From an uncultured Alphaproteobacteria bacterium (lineage in GTDB: Bacteria; Pseudomonadota; Alphaproteobacteria; Rhizobiales; Xanthobacteraceae), in the NCBI GenBank assembly GCA_963756715.1, contig CAVWOV010000035.1, positions 85,728 to 149,727 on the forward strand: a stretch of 64,000 nt of DNA, given 5' to 3'. The translations under genes and the position numbers were made by a program. The notes under the pieces are model-generated. The model made no database searches and had not been told where the DNA came from. It saw nothing but the letters and a program-made list of their open reading frames with translations. Below, piece after piece: positions 28,328 to 38,810 of the stretch; position 1 is the first letter of the stretch; each line of letters opens with the position of its first letter.

Positions 28328-28519
28328 ATGGGCGAGGCAGTTCTTATTGTCCTTTATATCTTTTTCTGCCTTCTGACCGGGCTCTGCGGCAGTCAGCGCC
28401 GCATGGGATTTTTCGGCACGTTCATCGTGTCGCTTTTCATTACCCCGGTGTTGATGTTGCTGGTATTGGTCTTTACCGCGCCACGCGACGAGCAGCGGCG
28501 TCGCCCGCAGGGCAACTGA
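28328..28519 (+). CDS. Small hydrophobic protein (63 aa, two predicted TM helices)
   Basis: ATG 28328 lies 10 nt after GAGGGAG. MGEAVLIVLYIFFCLLTGLCG..FFGTFIVSLFITPVLMLLVLVFTAP then a basic tail. No family recognised. Confidence 0.45.
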   Translation: MGEAVLIVLYIFFCLLTGLCGSQRRMGFFGTFIVSLFITPVLMLLVLVFTAPRDEQRRRPQGN

Positions 28520-28600
28520 GTGCCGTTGCTGTCGACGAAACGGCGGCTCGCCGCGTCGGGTTGGGGCCCCGCGGGGGCGTAACCGGGTCACTTCGCGCTA

Positions 28601-30241
28601 ATGTCATTCTTTCAACTTGTTCGCCGCGAAATGCAGAGCTCCCTGCAGCGGCTGGCCGTCATGTCCTGTCTTGGGGGCTTGAGCAACGCAACAATTCTCG
28701 CCGCGATCAATTCCGGTGCGCAAGATGCGGGCAGCGGTCACGTCAGTGTCTGGGCGGCGGCGCTTTTTGTCGTCGCGCTCTATCTCTTTATCAAGACGCA
28801 GCATTACATCTTCATAACGGCAACCGTCGAGATCGAGGCGATCATCCACAGTCTGCGAGTGCGCCTGATGGACCAGGTGCGCCGCTCCGAGCTTCTTCCG
28901 CTCGATGCGATCGGACGCTCGGAGATCGTGGCCGCCATCAACAAGGATACGGCGGCGCTCACCCAGGCGACCAACATGTTCGCCTTTGCCGGGCAGGGGA
29001 TCGTTCTGGTTATCTTCGTCGGGATTTACGTCGCGTATCTGTCGATCCTGGCGTTCGTGATAAGCGTGACGATTCTCGGCGTGGCGGCGGTGATATTTCA
29101 CGCCAAGAGTCATCAGTTGGACGCCGGAACGCGCGAGGCCGCCCAGTGGGACAATAAATTGTTCGATCGCCTGATGGACCTTCTCGACGGGTTCAAGGAG
29201 GTCAGGCTTAACAAGGCGCGCAGCGACGACCTGTACGACGACGTCATCGAGGTGTCGCGGACCGCCGCCAACATCAAGATCCGGACGCAGAGCGAAACCT
29301 TCAAGCGGTTGGTCTTCTCGCAGACCTCGATGTATCTCCTGCTCGCGTCGATCGTGTTCGTGGTTCCGACCTTCAGCAACACCACCGACGGCTCGATCAC
29401 CAAGACGACGACGGCCCTGATGTTCGTGGTCGGGGTGTGCATCGGCTTCGTACAGACGATCCCGATCCTGACGGCCGCGAATGCCGCGGCGGACAACATC
29501 GAGCGGCTCGAGGAAAGACTGCGATTGATCTCCTCGAACTCGCAGGAGGGACCGGGAAGTCCGGCGGTTCGGTTCGATAAGATCGAGATGCGGAATATCT
29601 TGTTCCGTTATGTCGACAAGCTGTCCGAGGCGGTGTTCCAGGTCGGGCCGGTCGACTTCACCCTGCGTTCCGGCGAGCTCGTCTTCATCACCGGCGGCAA
29701 TGGCTCGGGGAAGTCGACCTTCCTGAAGGTGCTCGCCGGCCTCTATCTGCCGGATTCAGGCACGATCACGCTCGATGGCGGAAGCGTTAACGATCGCACC
29801 CGCGACGATTATCGTGCTTTGATCTCGGCGATTTTCGTTGACTATCATCTTTTCCGGCGGCTGTATGGGATTGCCGATCCTGATCCCGATGAGGTCGATC
29901 GGCTGCTGACGGAGTTCCGGTTGCGCGATAAGACGCGCCTCGCCGATGGCGAGTTTACCACTCTCGATCTATCAAGCGGCCAGCGTAAGCGCCTTGCTCT
30001 CATCGTGAGCATGCTGGAAAAGCGGCCGCTGCTGTTGCTGGACGAGTGGACCGCTGATCAGGATCCGGAGTTTCGTCGCAAGTTTTACGACGAGCTGTTG
30101 CCGGCATTGCAACGTTCGGGCGCCACGATAGTGGTCATAACCCACGATGATCGCTATCTCGACGAACTGAAGATTCCGGCTCGCAGGCTTCGGATGGATG
30201 AAGGTCGCTTCGTCGGGCGGCATTCCGTGGAGAACGGCTGA
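28601..30241 (+). CDS. Cyclic-peptide-type ABC exporter (SyrD/PvdE/YojI-like fused TMD-ATPase)
   Basis: 546-aa ORF. A six-TM N-terminal half, then Walker A GGNGSGKST, signature LSSGQRKRLALI, Walker B LLLDEWTADQD. Confidence 0.85.
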   Translation: MSFFQLVRREMQSSLQRLAVMSCLGGLSNATILAAINSGAQDAGSGHVSVWAAALFVVALYLFIKTQHYIFITATVEIEAIIHSLRVRLMDQVRRSELLPLDAIGRSEIVAAINKDTAALTQATNMFAFAGQGIVLVIFVGIYVAYLSILAFVISVTILGVAAVIFHAKSHQLDAGTREAAQWDNKLFDRLMDLLDGFKEVRLNKARSDDLYDDVIEVSRTAANIKIRTQSETFKRLVFSQTSMYLLLASIVFVVPTFSNTTDGSITKTTTALMFVVGVCIGFVQTIPILTAANAAADNIERLEERLRLISSNSQEGPGSPAVRFDKIEMRNILFRYVDKLSEAVFQVGPVDFTLRSGELVFITGGNGSGKSTFLKVLAGLYLPDSGTITLDGGSVNDRTRDDYRALISAIFVDYHLFRRLYGIADPDPDEVDRLLTEFRLRDKTRLADGEFTTLDLSSGQRKRLALIVSMLEKRPLLLLDEWTADQDPEFRRKFYDELLPALQRSGATIVVITHDDRYLDELKIPARRLRMDEGRFVGRHSVENG

Positions 30242-31509
30242 TGAGAGCATATCCGACCCTGGAGGGAACGCCCCTTCCGCCACCGAAGAAGAGCTGGTGG
30301 CGGCATTTCATCGAGCACCGGCTGCCCGGCATCGTCATCTTCCTGATGGTCGTGTCGCTGATCGTTGTCGTGCTCTATCCCTACATGGTGGTGTCGGTTC
30401 CGAGCGGTCACGTTGGCGTCCTGTGGAAGCGGTTTGGCGGCGGCACGGTGCTGGATCGCCGCGATTTGAAGGACGAGGGCCTTCACATCCTCTTTCCCTG
30501 GGACCGGCTGTTTCTGTATGACCTGCGATTGCAGTCGATCACCGAGACCTACCACGCCATCACCAAGGACGGCGTGAGCATCGGAGCGACCATCAACGTC
30601 CGATTCCGGCTGCAGCACGACTTCGTCCCTAAGCTGCAGCAGGCAGTCGGGCCGGATTATCTGAATTTGCTGGTGCGCCCCGAGATCGGCAGCCGCGTGC
30701 GCGAGGTCATTGCCGAGTACACGGCCGAAGAGGTCTATTCGACGAAGCGTCAGGAGATTCAGGATATCGGCCGCGAGCGCACCAAGAAGATGATGGGCGA
30801 GATGGCCGAACGGGAAACCGGCGAGCTGCAAAGAATCAAGCTGAGCGAGACGCTCAAAATCTACGACGTGCTCATTTTGGATATCGAGCTGCCGGCGATC
30901 GTGGTCAACGCCATCAATCGCAAGATCGAACAGTATTATGTCTCGGAGGAGTACAAGTTTCGCGTTGAGCGCGAACGGCGGGAGTCGGAACGCAAGCAGA
31001 TCGAGGCGGTCGGTATCCGCAATTTCCAGCAGACCGTGAGCCAGGGAATCTCGGATTCCTATTTGCGATGGCGCGGCATCGAGGCGACGCTTCAACTCGC
31101 ACAATCGAACAACGCGAAGATCGTGATTGTCGGCGGCGGCAAGGACGGTCTTCCGATCATTCTCGGTAATGTCGACGCGCCGGCGACGGCGCCCGCAACG
31201 CGGCCTGCTCCCCCGGAGGGCGATCCGGCCGCGAAGGAAAGACCCACGGCGGCAGGTCCGGCAAAGCCGCTGGAGAAGACGCCGGCGACCGGTCTGGCGA
31301 CGCCTGCTGAGAAGGCGCCGCCCGCCGATGCCACGCCTTCGTCGGCGGCCGCGACGCCGCCGGCGTCGACACCGGCTCCGCCACGTCAGTCGTGGCCGCT
31401 GACTTTGGCCGACTTCGAGGCCATGCTGTCCCGACTTGTGCGTCCGATCGATCCGAATTCGGCGTCGAAGCCGCCGCAATCGACCGAAGGACGGACGGCT
31501 CAGCCTTAG
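30241..31509 (+). CDS. SPFH/band-7 (prohibitin/HflC-like) membrane protein with a long Pro/Ala/Thr-rich C-terminal tail
   Basis: ATG overlaps the exporter stop (TGATG). N-terminal TM helix, SPFH core (..VPSGHVGVLWKRFGGG..ITKDGVSIGATINVRFRL..), a coiled-coil region, then ..APATAPATRPAPPEGDPAAKERPTAAGPAKPLEKTPATG... Confidence 0.8.
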   Translation: MRAYPTLEGTPLPPPKKSWWRHFIEHRLPGIVIFLMVVSLIVVVLYPYMVVSVPSGHVGVLWKRFGGGTVLDRRDLKDEGLHILFPWDRLFLYDLRLQSITETYHAITKDGVSIGATINVRFRLQHDFVPKLQQAVGPDYLNLLVRPEIGSRVREVIAEYTAEEVYSTKRQEIQDIGRERTKKMMGEMAERETGELQRIKLSETLKIYDVLILDIELPAIVVNAINRKIEQYYVSEEYKFRVERERRESERKQIEAVGIRNFQQTVSQGISDSYLRWRGIEATLQLAQSNNAKIVIVGGGKDGLPIILGNVDAPATAPATRPAPPEGDPAAKERPTAAGPAKPLEKTPATGLATPAEKAPPADATPSSAAATPPASTPAPPRQSWPLTLADFEAMLSRLVRPIDPNSASKPPQSTEGRTAQP

Positions 31510-31525
31510 CATAACGGCTGTTCGG

Positions 31526-32185
31526 CTACGCTCTCGGGGACCTCTCCGCCCCGATGGGAGACAGGAACGCCACCGCCACCAGGTGCGTCGACACGCAAAA
31601 TCGCAGGTCGACGACCCGGCCGTTGCGGACGGTGGCGGTACGCTCCGGGAAACTGACTTCGACGTCGTGATGATCGAGAAAGGTCTGATCGAGCGGAAAA
31701 ACCGCCTTGTACGCCGCTTCCTTGGCGACAAAGAGCAGCCGTCCGCCGTACGGGTCGTGACCGATATTCAGCCGCTCGGCGGGCGTCGCGACCAACTCCA
31801 CCAAGTCGGGCGGCAACGGTTCCGCCGGCTCGATGTCGATGCCCAGCGCGCCGACCTCACGCTGTAGCCCGACCGCCGCAATCGCGACCCGCGCGTCGTG
31901 GGCCATGGAGCCAACGACGCCCGCCGGCCAGATCGGGGCGCCCGAGGGGGATTTCAGCAATTCGTAATCCGGGATCCCCAGTCGCGCGAGGAGTTCCCGT
32001 GCGACGAGACGCGCCGCCCCGCTCGCTCGGCGCACACCGACGACGCTTGACGCGAATGCCTGGGTTTCATTGGGCAGCAGGGCATCTTCGTCGCCTGGTA
32101 AGATCAGCCGGTGCGCGATCATGATCCCCGGCACAACGAGCGCGGCGGTCGCCGACTCAAGCGAGGGATCCGTGGTCGCGGTCAT
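31526..32185 (-). CDS. 4'-phosphopantetheinyl transferase (EntD/Sfp type)
   Basis: ..GIDIEPAEPLP.. and ..FVAKEAAYKAV.. PPTase motifs. Starts 59 nt downstream of the NRPS stop on the same strand. Confidence 0.85.
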   Translation of the reverse strand: MTATTDPSLESATAALVVPGIMIAHRLILPGDEDALLPNETQAFASSVVGVRRASGAARLVARELLARLGIPDYELLKSPSGAPIWPAGVVGSMAHDARVAIAAVGLQREVGALGIDIEPAEPLPPDLVELVATPAERLNIGHDPYGGRLLFVAKEAAYKAVFPLDQTFLDHHDVEVSFPERTATVRNGRVVDLRFCVSTHLVAVAFLSPIGAERSPRA

Positions 32186-33099
32186 GATTCGAACAGGTCA
32201 GGGGTCGGCGATGATACCATCCGCAGCGCGGGCGCGCGCGGCTTCATGAAGGCAGGTCATCGGCCAGGGGTGACGCATGATGCGTCGGCAGAGAAACCGG
32301 GGAACGTGCGGGGCTATCGAGTTCGCTCGCCAGCACCCGGCAAATCTCGGCGACCGGAGCGGGGTCCATCATGGTCTCGTGCGTGCACTCGATGCGATGG
32401 ACCTTGATCCGGCCGTCGACAAAGGGCTTCCAAGTCTCGATCGGCGGCTTCGGTTCGCCTTCTGTCGCCACGAAGAGCAGCATGTCGCCGTGGAATCGCT
32501 GCGGCGAGAATCTCCTCATGAGGCGGGTGCTGTTCTCGAACGAATCCATGATGGCTTGATGGTGACGTTCGGCGAGCACTGATCGAATGTGCCCTTCGCG
32601 TTGAAGAGTTTCCAGCATAGCTTCTAGCGGCGCGTTGGCCACACCGGCGAAAAGAACTTCCTTTTCGCGTTCCTCGTCATTCGGAAGCAGCAGCGTCTCA
32701 CGATCGCTTGGATAGCTATCGAGAAGGGCGAGCACAGCGACCTCTTCGCCGATCGACTGCAGGCGCGTGGCGATTGCATGGGCCACAAGACCGCCAAACG
32801 ACCAGCCGAGTAGGTTGTAGGGCCCGACCGGTTGAACTTCGCGAATGAGGTTGAGATAGTCGGCCGCCATGTCCTCGATCGTTTCGGGAAACGCATCTTG
32901 CTCCGTTAGATTTCGGGCCTGCAATCCGTAAATCGGATGATCCGGCGGTATGTGCCGGATGAACCTCGAATACGGCCAACTGAATCCGCCCGCGGGATGA
33001 ACGCAAAATAACGGGCGCGAATTTCCCGACCGGCGAATTGGCAGTAGCGCCTCAAAATCGGAATGGCTCGGTGCATCCGCCGTGAGCTGTCTGGCGAGC

Positions 33100-33890
33100 G
33101 CCGCCACGGTCGGGGCCTCGAACAGGCTGCGGATCGCGATCTCGACATCGAGCGCGGCGCGGATGCGGCCGATCAGCCGGGTGGCCAGCAGCGAGTGTCC
33201 GCCAAGCTCGAAGAAGTTGTCGTCGATGCCGACCTGCGCGAGCCCCAGCGTCTCGGCAAACAAACCGCACAGCACCTCCTCGTGCGGCGTGCGCGGCAGA
33301 CGCCGCAGCGCCATGACGGGCGCCTCCGGCTCGGGCAGCGCCCGCCGGTCGAGCTTGCCGTTCGGCGTCAGCGGCAGCCGAGGGAGCACCACGAACGCCG
33401 CCGGCACCATGTAGTCCGGCAGGCTCGATGACAGGTGCGCGCGCAGCGCCGCCGCATCCGGCGCCGTCGCGCCGTCGGTTGCGACCACATACGCCACCAG
33501 CCGCAGCGAACCACTACCGCTCCCGCCTGCGGCGCCAGCGTCGTGGGCGTTATCGGATGTCTGACTGTCTTGCGAAGTGGGCCCGCCATCGCGCCGCGCC
33601 ACCACGGCGGCCTGCGCCACGCCCTCATGGCGCTTGAGCGCCGCCTCGATCTCGCCCGGCTCGATGCGGAAGCCGCGCAGCTTCACCTGCGCGTCCGCCC
33701 GCCCCAGGAAGTCCAGCACCCCATCGGGCCGCCAGCGCGCCAGGTCGCCGGTGCGGTACATCCGGCTCCCCGCCGGACCAAACGGGTCGGCCACAAACCG
33801 CTCCGCCGTCAGACCCGAACGCCCCAGATAGCCCCGCGCCAGACCCGCACCCGCAACATACAATTCGCCGCTCACGCCCGGAGGAACGGG
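33100..33890. repeat. Intragenic NRPS repeat, copy in module 3 (A6-A10 subdomain + carrier domain)
   Basis: 791 nt, the same length as 41541-42331. I found only about 6-8 mismatches by eye. Confidence 0.9.
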
Positions 33891-34656
33891 ACGCAGACCG
33901 TCATCCAGCACGTACACCTGCGTGTTCCAGATCGGACGACCGATCGGAATGGACGGCAGCGGTTGTTCGGGCAGAGCGGCGGCGTCGGTAATTTGCCACG
34001 ACGTGATCTGGATCGTGGTCTCGGTCGGTCCGTAGAGATTGACCAGCGGTATGTGCAAGCTGGTGACGGCATCTCGCGCTGATGTTGCGGGAGAGCGCTT
34101 CGCCGCCGGCAAACACTCGTTTGAGTCGCCGCAATGCGTCCGGCGGGGCAGCAGCGAGGACCGTTTCCAGCAGCGAAGGGACGAACTGCGCGACCGTGAT
34201 GCCTTGGCGTTCGATGTAGCTGGCGAGTTGGCCGGGATCGCGCGTTACCGCCGTGGGCGCGATGCAGACGGCCGCGCCGGTCACCAACGGCAGCCAGATC
34301 TCCCAGCCGGCAGCGTCGAAGCTGATGGCGGTGCGGGCCAATACGACATCGCTTTCGTTGGCCGGATATTCCTGCCGCATCCACAGCATGTGATTGGCAA
34401 GGCCGCGATGGGTGACGGCGACGCCTTTGGGCTGGCCCGATGAGCCTGAGGTGTAGATGACGTAGGCGGTGGAGTGCGGGTCGATGCGGCCGGGCGGTGC
34501 GGTGGTTGGGTGACGCGCGATGGCGGCGGTGTCGGCGTCGAGGTCGACGATGCGGGCGGTGTGGGCGGGCAGGCGTGTGAGCAGCGCGGTCTGGGTGACC
34601 AGGAGCGGGGCGCCGGCATCGCGCAGCATGAAGGCGAGGCGCTCGGTTGGATAATC

Positions 34657-35040
34657 CGGATCGAGCGGCAGGTATGCGGCGCCGGCCTTGAGGATACCGA
34701 TGAGGGCGATGACCATGTCGAAGGAGCGCTCGACGCAGAGCGCCACGATGGTCTCGGGTCCGGCGCCGAGGGAGCGCAGGTGGTGCGCAAGCTGGTTGGC
34801 GCGGGCGTCAAGCTCGCGGTAGCTGAGGCTTTCATCCTCGCAGGTGAGCGCGACCGCGTCCGGGGTGCGGGCGGCCTGCCGGGCGAACAGCTCCGGGATG
34901 GTGGCGGTCGGGGATCGGGCGGGCGGTGTCGTTCCAGTCGGTCAGGATGGTGCGGCGCTCGGCGGCGGAGAGAATGTCGAGGCTGCCGATGGCGCGGGTA
35001 GGGTCGCTGACGGCGGCCGTCGAGCAGCCGGGTGAGGCGC
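34657..35040. repeat. Second intragenic NRPS repeat (C-domain end + A1-A2 motifs), module 3 copy
   Basis: Near-identical to 39601-39980 except for a few substitutions and two extra c residues at about 34909 and 35021. Confidence 0.85.
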
Positions 35041-36870
35041 TCGCCGATCGCCTGGACGCTGGCCGCATCGAACAGGTCGGCGCGGTAGTCGAGCCGCAGC
35101 CGCAATCGTTTGCCCGGCGCCGCCAGCAGGCTCAGCGGATAGTGCGTGGCGTCGTGTCCGGCGATGCCGGTGACACGCAGGCCGCCAGCTTCGGTAGCGA
35201 GGCCCGCCTCGTCGACCGGATAGTTCTCGAACACCGTCAGCGTGTCGAACAGCTCACCCAAGCCAGCCAGCCCCTGGATCTCGGCCAAGCCTAATTGCTG
35301 ATGTGCAATGAGCCGCGACTGGCTGTCCTGCAACTCCCTGAGCAGGTCGACGAACGGCTTGGCGGATGGCAGCTTGAGACGCAGCGGCAGCGTGTTGATG
35401 AACAGCCCCACCATGGTCTCGATGCCGGCAATCTCCGGCGGCCGGCCCGCCACCGTGACGCCGAACACCACGTCGTCGCGGCCGATCAGCCGGCCGAGCA
35501 GGATGCCCCAGGCGGCCTGGATGTAGGTGCTGAGCGTGAGCCCCTGGGCGCGCGCCTGCCGGGTCAGCGCCGTGGTGAGTTCTTCGCTCAGTTCCAGTGA
35601 GAGTTGTTCGGGCACGGCCGGCGCGCGGGTACGCTCGCGCGGTGCCAGATAGGTCGGCTCCTGCAGTCCGGCCAGCGCCTCGCGCCATGCGGCCGTCGCG
35701 GCGGCATGGTCCTGCCGGGCGATCCAGGCCAGATAGTCGCCGTAGGGGGTGACACGCGGCAGCGCCGCAGCGGCGTCACCGTCTTGGATGCGATGTTGGG
35801 CGCCATCCTGGGCGTGGGCTTGGCGGTTGTGCGCATAGAGCGTGAGCAGTTCGCGCACCAGCACCGGCAGCGACCAGCCGTCCAGCAGGATGTGATGGCT
35901 GGTGAGAACGAGCCGGTGCTCGCCGGCGGCGAGCCGGATCAGCGCAAAGCGCAACAGCGGCGGCGCGGCCAGATCGAAGCGCCCGGCGCGATCCTGCGTG
36001 AGGAGATCGGCGAGACGTTGCGTACGCGCGGCCTCGTCCAGCAGTGACAGATCGATGTTGCGCCAGTGCGGCTCGACGTCCGGCACGATGACCTGCACGG
36101 GCCGGTCGAGGCCGGTATGCCGGAAGCCCGCGCGCAGGTTGGCATGACGCTGGATGAGCCCCCGCGCCGCCGCCGCCAGGGCGTCGGCGTCGAGCGCGCC
36201 CGCGAGGTTGAGAACCAGCTGGATCGTATAGACGTCGGGCGCCTGCGCATCGTACAGCGCATGGAACAGCAGGCCCTCCTGCAGCGGCGCCAGCGGCAGG
36301 ATGTCGTCGATCCGCGGGTATTGGCGCTCCAGCTGCATCGATCTCGCTCTGGGTCAGCTTGCACCAGCGGCAGATCGCTCGGCGTGCGGCCGCCCGCACC
36401 GGGCACAGTCGCATGCCGCGCCAGTGCCGCGAGTGCCCGGAACCAGCCCTGCGCCAGGTCGCGCACCATGGCTTCATCGATCAGCGCCGGCGCCCACGTC
36501 CAGGTGGCGCTGAGGCCAGGCCCATCGGGCCCATCGAGGGTCAGCGCATTGATCTCGATGGCATGCGCCAGGGCCAGCGCCGGATCGCCGCCGCCCAGCG
36601 GCACCGCCTCGGGCGCGGCCGCCCAGTCCGCCGTGCCGTCCGGTGCCGCGGAGCCGAAGCGTCCAGGGAAGTGCCCAGGGAAGCGGCCGAGATAGTTGAA
36701 GCCGATCTGCGGCGTCGGCAGCTGCGCAAGCTGCGCGGCGGTCTGCGGGTTGAGGTAGCGCAGCAGCCCGTAGCCCAGCCCGTTGTCGGGCAGCGCCCGC
36801 AACTGCTCCTTGATGGCTTTGAGCGCGCCACCCAGTGCCGGGCCGCCCGCCAGCGCATCGTCGAGATCGA

Positions 36871-37040
36871 GCGCGCTTGGATTAGGCGCACTTGGACTAA
36901 GCGCACTGGGATCAAGCGCACTTGGATCAAGCCGCACCGGGTAGAGGCTGGTGAACCAGCCCACCGTGCGCGAGAGATCGAGGTCGGCGGCGATCTCCTC
37001 GCGGCCAAACTCCTCGCGGCCAAACTCCTCGCGGCCATGA
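36871..37040. repeat. In-frame 15-nt tandem repeats inside the epimerisation domain
   Basis: 36871-36945: gcgcNcttggaNtaN-type units x4-5, encoding LDPSALDPSALSPSAPNPSALD. 36996-37040: ctcctcgcggccaaa x3, encoding GREEFGREEFGREE directly after the conserved EGHGRE motif. Confidence 0.9.
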
Positions 37041-38137
37041 CCTTCGACATCGACCAGCACGGCGTGCCGGCCGCCACTGCGGCCATGCCGCCGGCACCAG
37101 TCCGTCACCGCCAGCGCCAGGCCGGTGAGCAGCACGTCGTTGATGCCGGCATGGAACGCCGCCGCCACGCGGGTCAGCAATGCGCCCGTCACGGTGGCGG
37201 GCAGCGTCAGCGTGAGCTCCCGGGCGGTGCCGGTGCGGTCGCGGGTACGGTCGAGCGCACCGTCGAACAATGACAGCACCGGCCCATCCCACATCCCGGT
37301 CCAGAGCGGCAGTTCGGCGATCCGAACCGGATCCTGCGCGTTGGCCGCAAGTTCATGGGCCCAGCGCCGGAACGAGCTGCCCGCCGCCGGCAATGCGGGC
37401 GTGCGGCCCTGCGCAATGCTCTCCCAGGCGGTCTTCAGGTCAGGCAGCAGGATGCGCCACGACACGCCGTCGACCGCCAGGTGATGGATCACCAGCAACA
37501 GCCGGCCCGCATCTTCCCGGCCGGCATCGAACCACACCGCCTGCAGCATCACGCCGGCGGCGGGAGCAAGCCGTCCGGCGGCCGCTTGCGCCTGCTCGGC
37601 AATCACGGCGCGCCGGGCCGCATCGTCGAGACCCGGCGATATCCACCCGGCGCAGACAGGCGTTCGCCGATACCGCGCCCGAGGGCGCCACCTCCAGGCG
37701 CCATGGTGTCGCGGTGGGCGCCACGGTGTTCGTCAGTGCCGGGCAGGGCGCCGGAGCGGGCGCCGCTGTGCTGCCCGGTGCTGCCGCAATCCCTTCTGCC
37801 GCATCGCCGAGCCGCAGCCGCAGCGCATCGTGGTGATCGAGCAGCGTCTGCAGCGCGCCAGCCAGATGATCCTCGCGCAGCGCCGCCGGCACCGTCACGA
37901 GCATCGCCTGGTTGAAGCGGTCGATCGGCCCGCCGCGTTCCGCCAGCCAGCACATGATCGGCGTCGCCGGCAGCATCCCGGTGGCGATGTCGAGACGGGT
38001 GACGGCGCTCTCCCGCAGGCCGTCCGCCACCGCCGCCAGCGTCGCCACCGTCTGATGCTGGAACACCGCGCGCGGCGTGATCATCAGCCCGGCCTTGCGG
38101 GCCCGGCTGACCAGCTGGATCGACATGATGCTGTCGC

Positions 38138-38810
38138 CGCCAAGCGCGAAGAAGTTGTCGTCGATGCCGACCTGCGCGAGCCCCAGCGTCTCGGCAAACA
38201 AACCGCACAGCACCTCCTCGTGCGGCGTGCGCGGCAGACGCCGCAGCGCCGCAACCGGCGCCTCCGGCTCGGGCAGCGCCCGCCGGTCGAGCTTGCCGTT
38301 CGGCGTCAGCGGCAGCCGATCCAGCACCACGAACGCCGCCGGCACCATGTAGTCCGGCAGGCTCGACGACAGGTGCGCGCGCAGCGCCGCCGCATCCGGC
38401 GCCGTCGCGCCGTCCTTTGCGACCACATACGCCACCAGCCGCAGCGAACCACTACCGCTCCCGCCTGGCGCCAGCTCGTGGCCGCCGTCTTGCGAAGTGG
38501 CCCGCCATCGCGGCGCGCCACCACGGCGGCCTGCGCCACGCCCGCATGGCGCTTGAGCGCCGCCTCGATCTCGCCCGGCTCGATGCGGAAGCCGCGCAGC
38601 TTCACCTGCGCGTCCGCCCGCCCCAGGAAGTCCAGCACCCCGTCGGGCCGCCAGCGCGCCAGGTCGCCGGTGCGGTACATCCGGCTCCCCGCCGGACCAA
38701 ACGGGTCGGCCACAAACCGCTCCGCCGTCAGACCCGGACGCCCCAGATAGCCCCGCGCCAGACCCGCGCCCGCAACGTACAACTCGCCGCTCACGCCAGC
38801 AGGAACAGGC
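38138..38810. repeat. Intragenic NRPS repeat, shortened copy in module 2
   Basis: Aligns with 33201-33890 but is about 17 nt shorter, owing to a rearranged low-complexity linker around 38460-38500. Confidence 0.85.

Larger units (their letters stand above)
32244..36338 (-). other. NRPS module 3: C (after E, so probably DCL type), A (hand-read code DAWQFGLIQK, Gln-like), carrier, thioesterase
   Basis: C: ILPLAPLQEGLLFH..SHHILLDGWS. A: [56 protein letters not shown]: [13 protein letters not shown]: LLGWSFGG. Approximate bounds: C 36338-35000, A 34900-33344, T 33290-33086, TE 33050-32244. Confidence 0.8.
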
